A stretch of DNA of 64,000 nt from Rhina ancylostomus (Eukaryota), in contig JARFYF010000051.1 of the NCBI GenBank assembly GCA_030265395.1, positions 15,235,223-15,299,222 of the forward strand. Reading direction: 5' to 3'. Below are positions 12,413 through 25,688 of this stretch, in pieces. Both the position numbers and the translations under genes were made by a program. Position 1 is the stretch's first letter; each line of letters begins with the position of its first letter. A model generated the notes under the pieces. That model saw only the letters and a program-made list of their open reading frames with translations, was not told the origin of the DNA and did not search any database.

Positions 12413-13589
12413 GAATGATAGTTTTATTTCATTATTATTTGTTTGATCAAAATAAAAATAGATTTGCACAATGCTGTTTCTATCAAAAATTTATAAATCC
12501 TGATGCATGCAAGAAACATCTTGGCACACAAGCTTTGTATTTATCTGATTTTGCTTTATTGATATTTTAAAGCTGCTGTTATTGAAATGAATGAGTGTTG
12601 TGGAGACTTAGCCAATATGTACAGTAAGAAGGTAATATAAAGAAATAATAGGCTAATTATTAGTCTCCAATGATAAGATCATTAGAGTCTTCGATGTGAA
12701 ATGTGATCTGGCTCTGTAATTTCCCTAGACTGCTGCAGCTGTGCTTTTGTTTTGTCCTCAGTAATATTTCAAAGAATCGTGACTTGAGACTTCTAAGGCA
12801 TTTTTCTTCCATTCTTGGTCTCTACCTGAGATGGTTATGTAAAATAGTATTCTGAACCAGATAGCAAGACACTTGTCAGTGGAGCATTCTGATGCCTGAC
12901 TGTTTCCCTTGTTTCTTCCTTATCGAGGGAAATTCTTAGTTTCATCTACGTAAGGTGAAGTTTCCAGTGTGTATGGGACCTCTGATATCAAATCTTTGTC
13001 ACCATTCTGTGTACTGATGCTCGATGTTGCACGCTTTTCATTTGTTCCAATAAATTACTGAACTTACTCAGTTCTTCATTAGTGTTTTGGGTGTGGAGTC
13101 TTTCATCATAATTAAAGACTGAAAGATGAGTAGACTGAAATCTTTTTCCTAGGTATGACACCGATTTCTGTTTTTCTTGCTTTTCAGTTCTGTCAAAGGA
13201 TGCATAACACTATAGTTGTTCCCTCTGCAGATGCTGACTGCATTTATGCTGTGTGCACGCATCTTCCCACTCCATTTCATGTCACTCTATCAATGTCATT
13301 GCTTTATTTTTAAAGCATGAGAGAAGAAATATCTGTGTCCAATTTTTGATAGCATGTTAGGCTGAGCAAAATAGTTAGTAAAGACAAAACCCATAGAAGG
13401 AGCCAATAGTACACAGTAAGTTTTCACTGAACAGGAGTTTCTTTTCAGTATCAGATTTACAGGATTTGCTTATTTTTCCCTTTTCTGAATTTTGTTTCTT
13501 TCTCTCTCTCATTACATGTCGATTAAACTAGTGACAGCAGTAATGTTTCAAAACTGAACTTTGAATTATGGCGATTTCAGCAGAGAATG

Positions 13590-14000
13590 AGGCCTTCAGC
13601 CAAGTTGGCCTGTTAAAACTGTCTGTACCCCACTGGAACTAGCTACTTTAATTTCATTTCCATACCCTTTCTTCTTAGCCTTTAAAATTCTGCTTCATCT
13701 GTTTGACTAATTCTCCCTCAAATGTCATGATTTACTTGGCTTAAGTAGCCACTTGCAGTAACGTATTCTGCAGTCTAATAATTCTTTGTGGGAATAAAAT
13801 TTCTTCTAACCTTCTCCTTATGTTTTGAGTGCTAATTGTAAATTTATGCTCCTCATAAATGATTCACCAATCTGTGGAAATAATCTTCCACGATTTGCTC
13901 TAAAATATTTTTGTAATTTTGAACACTTCATTTACATCTCTCCACAATCTTTTCTACTTCTGTGAACATGGTCCTTGCCTCCCTTGCACTACCCTAATGA
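13590..14000 (-). mobile_element. Old CR1-type LINE 3' end
   Basis: Reverse-strand degenerate tail (ggccttcagcc..tttccataccc..ttctttgtggga..aaatttatgctc). Confidence 0.55.
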
Positions 14001-15099
14001 ATTTGCTTTGTACTCTTTCAGAGGCTCCAGTACTCTTTTGGTAAACTGCACAGTTGCCTGACTTAGTTTGATTTTTATCACATTTATTTTGGGAGAAAAT
14101 TCTATCTTTGATTGCTGGTGTTAAATGTGTGAGGATTGGCTACATTGTACTCAATTCCACTGATTTTAGCAGAACCAAATGTATGGAGGTGAGTAAAACC
14201 AGCAATCAATAAACACATGTTTAGCTTAGGTAACCAGACACTAATGTCTCCCCTTCAGTAACTACTTAAAACTGCAAATCTTTAGACTTTCTTTTCAAGC
14301 ATATTTTCCAGCAGTCTGCATCTGTATATCCTCTGATGATGCATCCTTGGACACTTTTTCTGTATTCTGTATTGGGTAGAGTTACCCAACCTTTTTGGAA
14401 GTGAGGGGTTTTAAATATCTGGGCTGATTAAATCTGTGCGCCTTAAGACATTCACAAATGTAGAGATAATGGTTTGGCACTGAGGTTCAATTTTTTGTTC
14501 TTGCCTTCCTAAACATTTGATTCTGTTGACTGTTTCTAATCTTACTGGATGTGAAGGTTTGAAAGAAGTGACTTTCCCACTGGAGGCAACATTTTCTAGT
14601 TCCCCACACCTGAGAACATGAAGAAGCAGTCCAAAACAGCTTGTTCCAAATGCACAAAAATCACTGAGCACTTAATCACGTTAAAGCAACTTTGCAAGCC
14701 ATGGTTCACCTGAAGCCTATCTCTGGATCATCCCTTTTCTCACATACTTTCTCTTCTGAATACAAATACACTAATTTACTAAATGTAAACAAAGAAAACT
14801 ACAATAGTATGAGGCTATTTTGGCTGTGATATATTGAAGTACTTCATTAAAATGCACGAAGATGGGTAGGTAATGACTAGCAGTCAAGGAATAAATGCAG
14901 GAACTGCAACAGTTTATGCATGTTGCTGCCTTCCAGAATCAATATTGAATTCTCCTGCTGTAGATCACACATTTTCTCTGCCTGTGTCACAGCTGGCCAT
15001 TTCTACTGTAAGTCATCCATCTGTGGTATTGGCTCACTTTTCTCTCTTCAATAGCATCGGCTGGCCTGTGGGCATGTCCCTCAGTCATGCTATTTGCAA

Positions 15100-15410
15100 C
15101 ACATTACCCTTCTTTGTCTCTATTATCACCCTCCAACTACCCTCATTAACCCATTTAACCTGAAGATCTCTACAATTTATCTCCCTGGCAATCCTGTCCT
15201 TTCTCTATCACAGATATTCAGTTTATCCTATCTCTCTCTCTCTCCACTTTCTCTACAACTTAAAATTTATCTGATTTTCTCACTTTCTAAATTCTGACAA
15301 AGGGTGTCAAACTGAAACATTAAATCTGTTAATTTTCCACAGATACTGCCTGGTCTGCTGACTGTTTTCAGAATTTTATGTTTTTAATTTCAGATTTCCA
15401 ACATGTCATT
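15100..15410 (+). mobile_element. Penelope-type terminal repeat (long form) with degenerate hammerhead-like core
   Basis: ctctacaacttaaaa...ttctgacaaagggtgtcaaactgaaacattaa...ccacagatactgcctggtctgctga...atttcagatttcca. Confidence 0.7.
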
Positions 15411-15481
15411 TTCATCAACTTTCCCTTCTGGAGCAAAAACACAAAAAGAACTTTGGTTTGAAAAAAAAGTTAAGGATAGTG

Positions 15482-15778
15482 CAGGGGTTCCCCAGGTTAT
15501 GAATAACCTATCTTACAAAAATCTGAGTTTATAAAAAATCTCATACATTTTTAAAGCATTTTTCAAGCTAATAGTAGTAAAATGTTTCATGGTATTCATT
15601 AATGACTGGATAAGGTATATATTCCAATAGTTTAGTATGGATAGCATCAGAATATTATTCAATAAAATGAAAGAATTATAGCAAGTGTATACATTATGGG
15701 TAACTGCAGAAAACGAATATTTCTGACTCACTGCAAAATCAGCTCACGGACTATGTGAAACTTAACCTGAAGACTGCC
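15482..15778. mobile_element. Tigger-like MITE
   Basis: Imperfect terminal inverted repeats caggggttccccaggtta ... taacctgaagactg. Confidence 0.5.
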
Positions 15779-15789
15779 ATATGAGATCC

Positions 15790-16746
15790 ATGGGAGAGGT
15801 GTATAAAATTACCAGAAAGATTAGCAGGTCTGAAAATTAGCAGCAGTTTAGAATTCAGCATAAAGGGACCAGGAGTTTGATTAAGAAAGCAACAATAGTG
15901 TGTGAGTGTAAACTCACAAGAAAAATAAAAGCGGACTGTAAAAGCTTCCACAAATATGTAAGAAGAAAAAGGTCATTCAAGACAAATGTCTTACTGGTAG
16001 AAACAGTAGTGGGGAAAAATGGGGAAAAAAAGAAATGGCAGAACAATTAAATACTTTGGTTCTGTCATAACAGGACATCAATAACTTGCCAGAAATGCTG
16101 GGAAAAAGGGGTCTTGTGAAAAGGAGGAGTTAAAGGCAATTTGTATTAATAAAAAAAAGTGCTGGAAAAATTAATGGCACTTATGGCCAACAGATTCCCA
16201 CGGCCTGATCATCTGCATCCCAAGGTATTAAAAAAAAGCTATGGAAATAGTGGATGTGTGGTTGTTGTCTTTCAAAATTCTATACACGGTACAACAGTTT
16301 GTGCAGATTGGAGGGTCGCAAATGTAACCCCAGTATTAAAAGAAGAGAGAGAAGGAGAAACCAAGGAAATAGAGATCAGTTAGCATTATGTCAATAGTAG
16401 ATAAAATGCAATAATCTATTATAAAGGATGTGATGACAAGATAGTTAGGAAATATCAACAGGATTAGACAGTCAATATGGAGTTATGAATGGAAATCAAA
16501 TTTGACAAACCTGCTAAAGTATTTTGAGGATGTAACTGGTAGAGTAGATAAAGCAGAACCAGTGGATCTGGTGCATTTGATTTTTAGAAGGACTTTATTA
16601 AAGCCCTACCTAAAAGGTTAAGGTACAACATTAAAGTGCATGGGATTGGAGGTAATATCCTGACATGGATTGAAAATAGGTTGTTAGGCAGGGCACAGAG
16701 AGTAGGAATAAATGGAACCTTCTTGTGAGTGGCAGGTGGTGAGTTG
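15790..16746 (+). mobile_element. CR1-type LINE internal ORF2 (RT region) fragment
   Basis: FPRPDHLHPKVLK, DWRVANVTPVLK, tttgacaaacctgctaaagtattttgagga, gatttttagaaggact; degenerate. Confidence 0.88.
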
Positions 16747-16747
16747 G

Positions 16748-16799
<52 letters not shown>
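16748..16799. repeat. (GT)n(AT)n compound microsatellite abutting a gap
   Basis: Direct inspection. Confidence 0.97.
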
Positions 16800-17539
16800 N
16801 NNNNNNNNNNNNNNNNNNNNNNNNNNNNNNNNNNNNNNNNNNNNNNNNNNNNNNNNNNNNNNNNNNNNNNNNNNNNNNNNNNNNNNNNNNNNNNNNNNNN
16901 NNNNNNNNNNNNNNNNNNNNNNNNNNNNNNNNNNNNNNNNNNNNNNNNNNNNNNNNNNNNNNNNNNNNNNNNNNNNNNNNNNNNNNNNNNNNNNNNNNNN
17001 NNNNNNNNNNNNNNNNNNNNNNNNNNNNNNNNNNNNNNNNNNNNNNNNNNNNNNNNNNNNNGCTCGCTTTAGGGGTTGGGGAGAGTTAAGGTGTGGTGTC
17101 TTCAGAAATTCTTTACCTTGACCCACAAACCTTTTACCTGGCCTATTCATGCTGGTAGACTGTGAGGCCCAGTGGGAAAAGCATTGCTTCTTGCATTGTG
17201 TCTCATTATAGTGACAGCCCTGGAATTATAGGATTCTAATGATTGTATTAAGATATAGGTAGAAAAATGTGGCTTAGTAACATTGCTAAGCTGCAGTTTC
17301 ATGGGTGTTGAGGGTTTTCCATCCCTGACCATTCAGTTATTCTCAGCATTGTGAAGAACGACATAGCCATGAGATTGGCACAGTGGGAACCAATGATCTC
17401 AAAATAAACTTGTCAGTAGAGACATTTAAAAAGTAGTGGAAGCTAATGATAATTCTGTGTGACCAATTGTAGCCTCGTGTTGCCATAGCAGAGATCTGAG
17501 AATTTAATATAGGATAAGACTCAAACCAGGTAAGTTCTA

Positions 17540-17675
17540 GTCACAGAGTTAAATAGCACGGAAGCAAGCCCTTCTGACCAATTTGGCCATACAGACTAAG
17601 ATGTCTAACTAAGATGCTCCCATTTGCCTGAGTTTGGCTCATAAACCTCTAGGCCTTTTCCATCTATGTACCTGC
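17540..17675 (-). mobile_element. CR1-type 3' tail
   Basis: cacagagttaaatagcacggaagcaagccc..cccatttgcctgagtttggctcata..ctctaggcctttt. Confidence 0.7.
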
Positions 17676-20571
17676 TGGTCTATATGATTTGTTGCAATCT
17701 GGAAGTTGGGTGTACCCAGGTTTTATACCCTGAGAATACTCAATACCCTGAGAAAATGGTGATTTAACTCTCCCGGCATTGTCACTGTCCTTCTGGTGCA
17801 GTTACTCTCATAAAGTCAATTCATATGATCATAATGANNNNNNNNNNTCTTGTAACAAACCATTGGTAAATTGTCACAAATCTGATGACGTGAAGTGTTT
17901 TAATTATTCCTAACCATAAAAATTTCATTGAGAACAGTTTTGCATGTAACCCACATTTGACGAAGTCCAGGTCTACTTGACAATGATGGACTTGCTTCAA
18001 AGAGTCCTTGCTCAGTGAGGGTGCTATGGGTGAAATCCAAGTATTTCACATCACTGTTGCAAATCATAATCTGCTCCATAGGAAGAGCTGTGATTAGAGA
18101 GCTGTGTGACCTCCATGATTTCAGTTCTAGCCATTGGGTATACTCATTAAAAATAATGAGTTTTGGAGGTGAAGAAAGAAGAAATTCTATTAGATTTTTG
18201 TAGATCTTTTTATTTAAAGTAAAATGTTAATTTATTTCCAGCATCCAGCAGGTGCGATGCAGTCTTCCTGCTGTATTATTTTGCTAATATGTTTTTTAAA
18301 AAAAATTAACCATCTGTCTTTTAAAAAAACTCCACCAGTTTCTTTTTTAAGGATGCTAACAGTAGCTGGGAAACAGATAAAGTCTGACTGGTTTTGGTGA
18401 CCCTCTGGTATCATCCAAGTGACAATTGTTCAAGTGTGTAGTTTGTGATCTTTGGTGGGCTGTGCCATATTCTGGCTAGGAGCTCTGAAAGGAAATTGTG
18501 GGGGATTTTTCTTCCCTCTTCACCCTGTTTCCCATGTTTCTCTTTACCCCATCTCACAATCAGAAAGAATGTCAACATGAAAGTAAGAACTAGAAGTAGA
18601 AGTAGGCCGTGTAGTCCCTCATGCCTGCTCCACCATTCACAAAGGTCATGGTTGAGCTTTTACCGACGTTCCATTTTCCTACACTAACCTCATAGCTCTT
18701 GTTTCCTATAGTAGCTAAAAACCTATTGGTTAAAAAGTTTGAATTTCAGAAATAAAAAGTAAATATTTACGAGAAATCTGTGTAAATGCCATAAAACAGT
18801 CCAAAAAGTACTGATATAAGTTTCTTAATAGTGAAAAATTAAAGCTTGGGTGCTGACTTACTAAAGAGGTTTATGAATAATATTACATACTGTACTCTGT
18901 TGAAAGGAGAGAAAAGGCTATGAAACTCCTGTATGTAACCTCAGCCAACAGTGCACCAACTGCAAGCTCCTCGCTAAATGGTTCCCCAGAACAGTGAAAG
19001 CATGCACTCAATCAGTACATAATGCATTCAAAAATGTTTTCTTGTGCAGAAGAAACCAATCAGCTAATTTAGTGTTTAGGACACAGAGGTTCATGCTCTA
19101 TTTGTATGATATTAACTAGATCAGAGAAAACAATATAATATATCAGGTTAAACAGCTGTCTACTTCCCACTGTTACTTCTAGCCCTTCTCTTTTCATTAT
19201 GTGGCTAGTTCCCAGAGTTCAGGTATTAGAATCAGGAAGCTTGATTTAGTTGCATAAATTTCAGGAGGTACCTCAAAGATCTAGATTAAAAAAGCAAATA
19301 GCCACTTCCTTTCCCCAAGTAATCCCTGTCTTGTATTTGGACATGAAATAGGACCCAATTCCCTGGTCTCTGAGAGTTCATCATATGGCCAGCTTCCTGT
19401 GCATGCACAACTGCTCCATTCTGACAGACACTTTTCATTTTTACCTGCAGTCTTCCTTTGGGGAAAATACCTGACCTTTGACTTGGTGTCTTTAAGTAAA
19501 TTGTCAAATGTGCTGCTGAAAATTACTCCATATGGACCTGTGAATATTCCTTTGTTCAAGTTCCTCCTCTATTAATATTGCTTGTAGTTTTGTACTGATC
19601 AACATTAATAACCCAGCTGGGGTTTTTAAAGATTCTTCCCCTGGTGAATAGTGCCCTAAATGTCCCATAGCTTTCTTGAATGGATATTTATAAGTCACCT
19701 CTAGAAACTGTGTGATGCCTTCTGACATGGAAAAAGGCTGGAAACAATTCATCAGGTACAGTGAATGGCTGCCCTCAATAATTAAAACATCTGCCCAAGT
19801 TGAAATTTGTTTTTACTTTGGATTAAATTGTCAAAATATTACTTCTAGGCACCTGAAGAGATGAATATTCTGTGTAGCAAAGAGAAGTAATATCCTTTTT
19901 CTCTCCACCCCCGCCCTCCAGCTTCCTCGTGCCATGCTCATTTTCTCAGAACGCCTTGTAGTTTGAATCTGTTGGAAGCAGCAAGAGTCCACATATAACC
20001 TGCAAATTAACTTTTTGTCAATAAGAACATATTAAGTTCAAAGTGTGTAGTGTCAAAAACAGTTGGCAGTATCACTAGTTAAATAATTTTTATTGTTTTA
20101 CCCAAGGCTGTTGACAGATCATCATGTATTCCACCAATGACTAATTGCTGAAACAAAGGGATATTGGAAACTAAATTTGGATCTCCTTATTTAAAAAGAG
20201 AGATATAAATATATTTTTATTTCTCCTGCAAACTCTGTAAGAACTGTTGTTTTCCAAGTATCACTGCCTTAAGTGCTGTCATCCCTGAGCTGGCAGGGAG
20301 TATTGCCTGGGTAATTGATTATGTGAAAATGGAAAGTAGTGCATTCAAGTCATATTCTTGTCCTATATATGCACATAGGCTTTCCAGAAAAAAAACCATT
20401 GGCTGATTGTTTCTAACCCAAGGATATTGATCCCATTTGTTTCTGTGACTGTCTTATGAATACAACTTGTTATCCCAGCTGAGATCAATTTCTCTGCACC
20501 TGATGAGTCAATAGGTGTGCAGCATGTGACAAAATAATAGGAAGTGACTGAAGTCAGACCCTACCTTTGAA

Positions 20572-20821
20572 GTCATGGAGAGATACAGCCCACCAAGTTG
20601 GCACTGAGCACCTATTTTACACTAATCGTACCCTAACTGATTTTATTCTCCCCACATTCTTATCAATTCCCTCCTAGTTTCTACCACTCACTTTCACATG
20701 GGAGGCATTTTACAGTGGCCAATTAGCTACAAGCGTGCAACTTTTTGGAATGTGGGTGGAAATCTGAGCATCCAGTGAAACTGTGAGGCAGCAGTTCCAT
20801 AAGCTGCGCCACTGTGCCGCC
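20572..20821 (-). mobile_element. HE1/V-SINE-like SINE (internally deleted)
   Basis: Reverse head ggcggcacagtggcgcagc..gctgcctcacag and V-domain-like cccacattccaaa..gcacgcttg..aattggccactgtaaaatgcc. Confidence 0.75.
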
Positions 20822-21699
20822 TTTAATTAGCTGTTCCTTTGCTTGTATTACAAATATTTGTCAAAGGCAGCATTGGGGTTAAAATAATGTGTAGAGTCAA
20901 ATACTGATATTTTCAAACATATGTTTCTGAGAAACAGCAATTCTCTTCCTCAAGAAGAGAATTGCTGGTGGGTCTGGAATTCATGGATAATTGAGCAGGA
21001 AAGTCAGCTCAGTAAGGAAGATAATTATTTCTTTCCTCAAATATCAGCTCAGTGTTGCATGCACCACTTTTGAGTTTGTTTGCAATGGTTACAATTGAAA
21101 GGAATATATTGAGGAATTAAGAGAGCCCTTTTATTGATCTGTTTGATGTGTGAAATACATTAAATGATTTGAGCAAGGGAAGGTTCATGTGCATTATATT
21201 TTTCTTTCTTTGTTGGTTCTTCACTGGTAATGTAGCATTTCATGGCCAGTCGTTTCGATCATAAGCAGACGGCAGAGAATTCCACCAGCCGATTGTAATT
21301 TAATCTCCAGCTGTGCCCTGTGACCTTCCATTAAAATTGTCAATTCCCTTTGCACAGAGCCCATTCCATTTACAGATGCTGCCTCCCACTTCGCTTCCAA
21401 AAACCATCGATAGCTTCACACATTATTACTTTGGAACACTTTAGTAGTAACCAAAAGTGGACAGTCACGACTCCTTTGGTTCAAGGTGACATTATTACCT
21501 TCGGGCAACAACCATGTTCTTTATCTGCTACTGCCTTTCCTGTCAGTTTGCTCCCTGTTTTTTGTTTTCTTTCCTGAAGGCACTTGTTCTTGCTAGTTAT
21601 GTGGTTCCATAATTGCTGGCTCAGTCAAATGGTCATTTTTTATTAGTGAACCTCTATTATGATTGTTGGCAGATTGTTGGGCTTTCAGAATCAAGCTAC

Positions 21700-21970
21700 T
21701 ATTAGAGCAGAAAAGGGTAGGAAGAAATTTGATAGAGATGTTCAGAATCATGAAGGATTTTGAAAGAGTAAATGGGAAGAAACTGTTTGCAGTGGCAAAA
21801 GTCCTAGTAACCAGAGAACATTGTTTTCAGATTATCTGCCAAAGAATTTCAGGCAAAATAATGTGCAGCAAGTTGTTATGATCTAAGCAGGTTATCTGAA
21901 AGAATAATGGAAGCTGATTCAGCAGTAAGTTTCAAAAGAATATTAAGTAAATACTTGAAGGAAAAAGATA
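21700..21970 (+). mobile_element. Old CR1-type LINE 3' fragment
   Basis: LEQKRVGRNLIEMFRIMKDFERVNGKKLF..TREH. Confidence 0.8.
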
Positions 21971-24900
21971 GCTATGTCTATAAATCAGAAAAAGTGGAAA
22001 ATGAAAATTGACATTCAACTGTTAGCCTTTGCTTCCATCGAAAGCAATGTATGTAAGACACTAGATGATGGAATATATGGACCACATTTAAATCATATGC
22101 AGTATGGATAGTAGTCAAAATATATTGTACATGATGTTTTTATTTCAGTTTCTAGTTCTGTTTTGTGAGCCCTCTAAAGGACAGTGAAAACCATGCTCTT
22201 TTTCTCCTTATTTTGCCTCAATCAAAGATAAATCACGTAAGACCTTATAATGTGTGTCTCAGAACTCTTTGGAAATAGCCTGTTCACACAGTTACAGATG
22301 GGTGTTTTCAAAGCTACTTCAGTTCTTAAATTCTTTACAGAGTAGGCTTATTAATTATTACATTCCAAGTGGTAGTTAAAGGAGTCCACTGCCAATGTCA
22401 TTAGACTGGTCTGGGGCATTTAAGTTGGTTTATGTTATTCGGGTCACTTCTTAACTTCTTTAACTTAACTTCTTAACAATTAACAGAATTGGTTGTAGAT
22501 AATATTTGGATATAGAAGTCTGAAGATAACCCATGTTACTGCTCGTTTCACATTCTATTTCTCTTGCATAGCCTGTTGCTCCAAGAAACAAAGGTGTTTA
22601 ATTATAAACCAAGATGGCTATAATGGGACCAATTGGATAGGTGTATCAAAGAGCTGTCACATGCATGCTGGATTCAATTATCCCTCCTATGAATCTTTGT
22701 GTATGAGTGTCCAAACCCATTATCTAGCATCCACAAGAGGTGCATTTTCCCATTAGAGTCATTTACAACCCTCAGTAAAGGGGATTCTTGCTGATCCTGT
22801 GTCCCATCTCACCACTCTTACAATACAGAGCTGGAACATACTTTGAAAATTATAACTCCTAGCCTCCAGGAGACCAGTATCGACAAACATGGGATCTCTT
22901 AATTTGTTTCAGAATAGTGTCTGCAAAATCATTCATAGGAAATAGATTTCAGGATCGATTGATTCCTTAATCTTTTGTTTTTACCAGAGAGTAACTACCC
23001 ACAGATTATATAGTATAAAGCCCTTTATATTTTAACGACGTGTGACTTTGGAATAACACCATCTCTTTGCCATTGAGTGTTGGGAGTTAACTGCCTGAAT
23101 GTGCACCAACTGGGTGAAAATGGTAAGAAATTCATTTGGACCCAACTTTGAATCCAAAATGATTTAGTATATTCAAGAGGTCCTTCCAAAATCAGGCCTT
23201 GTTTGAATAATTCCAAGGCATTGCTGAATGTGATCAGAACTTGCACAACAATTCAACGTGGTAGAAAGATCAGAATGTTATGACTCAGGTTAGTTTATTT
23301 ATATGTTTAATTTATTCATTAATATCTAGTGCTTCAATATTGACTTGTCACCCCTCGACGCATACTCAGAATACTTGTCTGAAAAGTTTTGCTTTTGCAA
23401 AGGGAAGCTCTGGATACAAAACTATAATTTACAATATAAGTTATAATTGAGTTATTTTAGGAAATTTGAGGCATAGGATTCCTAAATATATCAGAGAAAC
23501 TTGGGAGACAGATGGATTTTGTATAGAATAGTAGCTATCCACATGAAATGTAATTCAAATGTTTAAGTATGCTTAAATCGTACTTTGTCTTGAAGTGATA
23601 AAAAATAAATGAGGAATTGAGGTTTCAACTCTACATTGATAATGTGATAAAAGTACAAGCACAGTTTGGAAAAGGAGAGATAAAACGAGACCTGTTTGTT
23701 GGTATCATTGACACTTACCTTGAATAAAGCAGTTGATCAGGTGAGTGGAGTTTCGCAAATGCAAGGTCACTTGAAGAAAATGAAACAGTCTATTGGTAAC
23801 CTTGGGCAAACAAGGAAATCACTGATATTATGCTGTACACTTCTCCAAACTGGCTAAGAGACTGGTAGGCAGCTATTAGGAGGATTCAGCTAATGCTGGA
23901 AGACAGTCAGCATCCAATAAGATACAGTTCTCCCAAGCAGCGACTCTGAGGAATGATTGATGCCTGCTATTTAAGGAATCTAATACAATAATTGTGAAAG
24001 GTCATAACTTACGCTTTTAGCAGAGCCCTATCGCTCTGTTGGATTTCCTAGCTGAATCTGTTAATGGGTTCCAAAGTCAGTTCATATTCCACAGATTTCT
24101 ACTACTAAAAATTTCAGAGTAGATTCCAAAGTTATGAAAAATACTTTGGAGTAATCATTTAACTTGGCAATGCAGTCAGTGACTAACCTTGCCCTACTCC
24201 TTCCCATCTGTAGGAATGAGCTATTTGAGCAGATCTGTTGCCTGGATTTTGCAGTCAGCAGTGAAGTGATGATGGTCACAGCTGCTCGCAAATATCTAAC
24301 ATTCTGTGTGGTATAGATTTTGCTGTTCATGACACTAATTCCTTTCTGGTGTCAGATCTGATATTGCGTGCATTTAAATAAAAAATGGTCTGTCTTGTAC
24401 AAAATTATTACAGGCTGTTTATTTTCTGGTATAATTTTCCTGCTACCTATAAAGTTCAAATTCCCAAGCCAAGCATGAACTGAACAAGTGGCTTCGGGAC
24501 ACAATTTGATCTGGAGTTGTCCAGTAATAACTGTGGCCTGCAATTTTTCAGTCAGCAGTGGGAACTTTCAACTTGCCACTGGCCAAAGTAAATTCAAACT
24601 TGATCTCAGAGCAATCCTCTCAGTGATAGCTTCTCGGATCCACTGGGTAGAATCCTTCACAGTGACGAGTGATAGAGATTGAACTATGGTTTGGTGTGTT
24701 CTTTGAAAACTCAGTCATGCCTTATTTAACATGGCTTAACTTTCACAAGGATGGCTGTAATTGGTTGTGATTCCCATCAAATCAGTGATTTCTCACCAAT
24801 TCCATCTGCAAAATCTGCAGCATTCCACCCTTTGGAGAAGGTAGGCATTACTGAGAGCAGTTTATAAATTTTCACTTTTTAATTGTGCATGTGTTGAATG

Positions 24901-25129
24901 ACAAGTTACTGTCAGTTTCCAAGTGTAATGATAGTGAACTTCGACAGTTTACAACTGCACATTGGTTTTCATATCACCATGAATTCTGATCCTTTCACAA
25001 TGCTGAGCATATCACTTGGAGAACATTTTGAGCTGCTGTACTCAGTTTTTAGGAACATTCAAAGCTACAGATTTTTTAAAAAATATCACATCTATAATCT
25101 CCCGCACTTGGTATCTTACCACAGATACT

Positions 25130-25308
25130 GAATAGAACATGGAACAGCAGTACAGCACTGAAACAGGCCCTTTGGCCCACAATATCTGTGCTGGCCCTGT
25201 TGCCAAATTAAGCTAATCCCATCTACTTGCATGTGGTCTATATCCTTCATACCCTGCCTGTTGATGTGCCTTCCCAATTCCCTCTTAAACACTGCTATCA
25301 GCTTCCAC
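25130..25308 (-). mobile_element. CR1-type 3' tail
   Basis: agaacatggaacagcagtacagcactgaaacaggccctttggcccac... Confidence 0.8.
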
Positions 25309-25370
25309 CATCTGTTGAGAGAGAAAAAATTGAGGTAATCTTGCAATTTGGTGATCTTTCATCAGAACCA
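25309..25370 (-). mobile_element. Penelope-type terminal repeat fragment
   Basis: Reverse complement reads gttCTGATGAaagatcacc...ttttctctctcaacagatgg. Confidence 0.55.
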
Positions 25371-25688
25371 GTTGGAACTGACAAACTGGAAAGATTGGTT
25401 ATCTGAAATTGTTCAATATTCGATCAATGTTTATTTTTCTTTCTCTGTGCCTTTGCTTTCATTCATCTCCTTCTGTTAATGTCTCCTCNNNNNNNNNNNN
25501 NNNNNNNNNNNNNNNNNNNNNNNNNNNNNNNNNNNNNNNNNNNNNNNNNNNNNNNNNNNNNNNNNNNNNNNNNNNNNNNNNNNNNNNNGTCTCCTCCAGA
25601 CATCATCTGCATGCCTTCACCATCTTCCCTGAGCTACAACAGCACCATATGGGTCAGTCAACTTCTCTTGGTCACCATTTTGTCTCAG

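Noticed and set aside
16584-17150. ORFs with YIYIYI repeats
   Set aside because: Translation of the (AT)n microsatellite plus gap.
20780-20821. tRNA-like A-box sequence
   Set aside because: Head of an HE1/V-SINE-like element; no complete cloverleaf.
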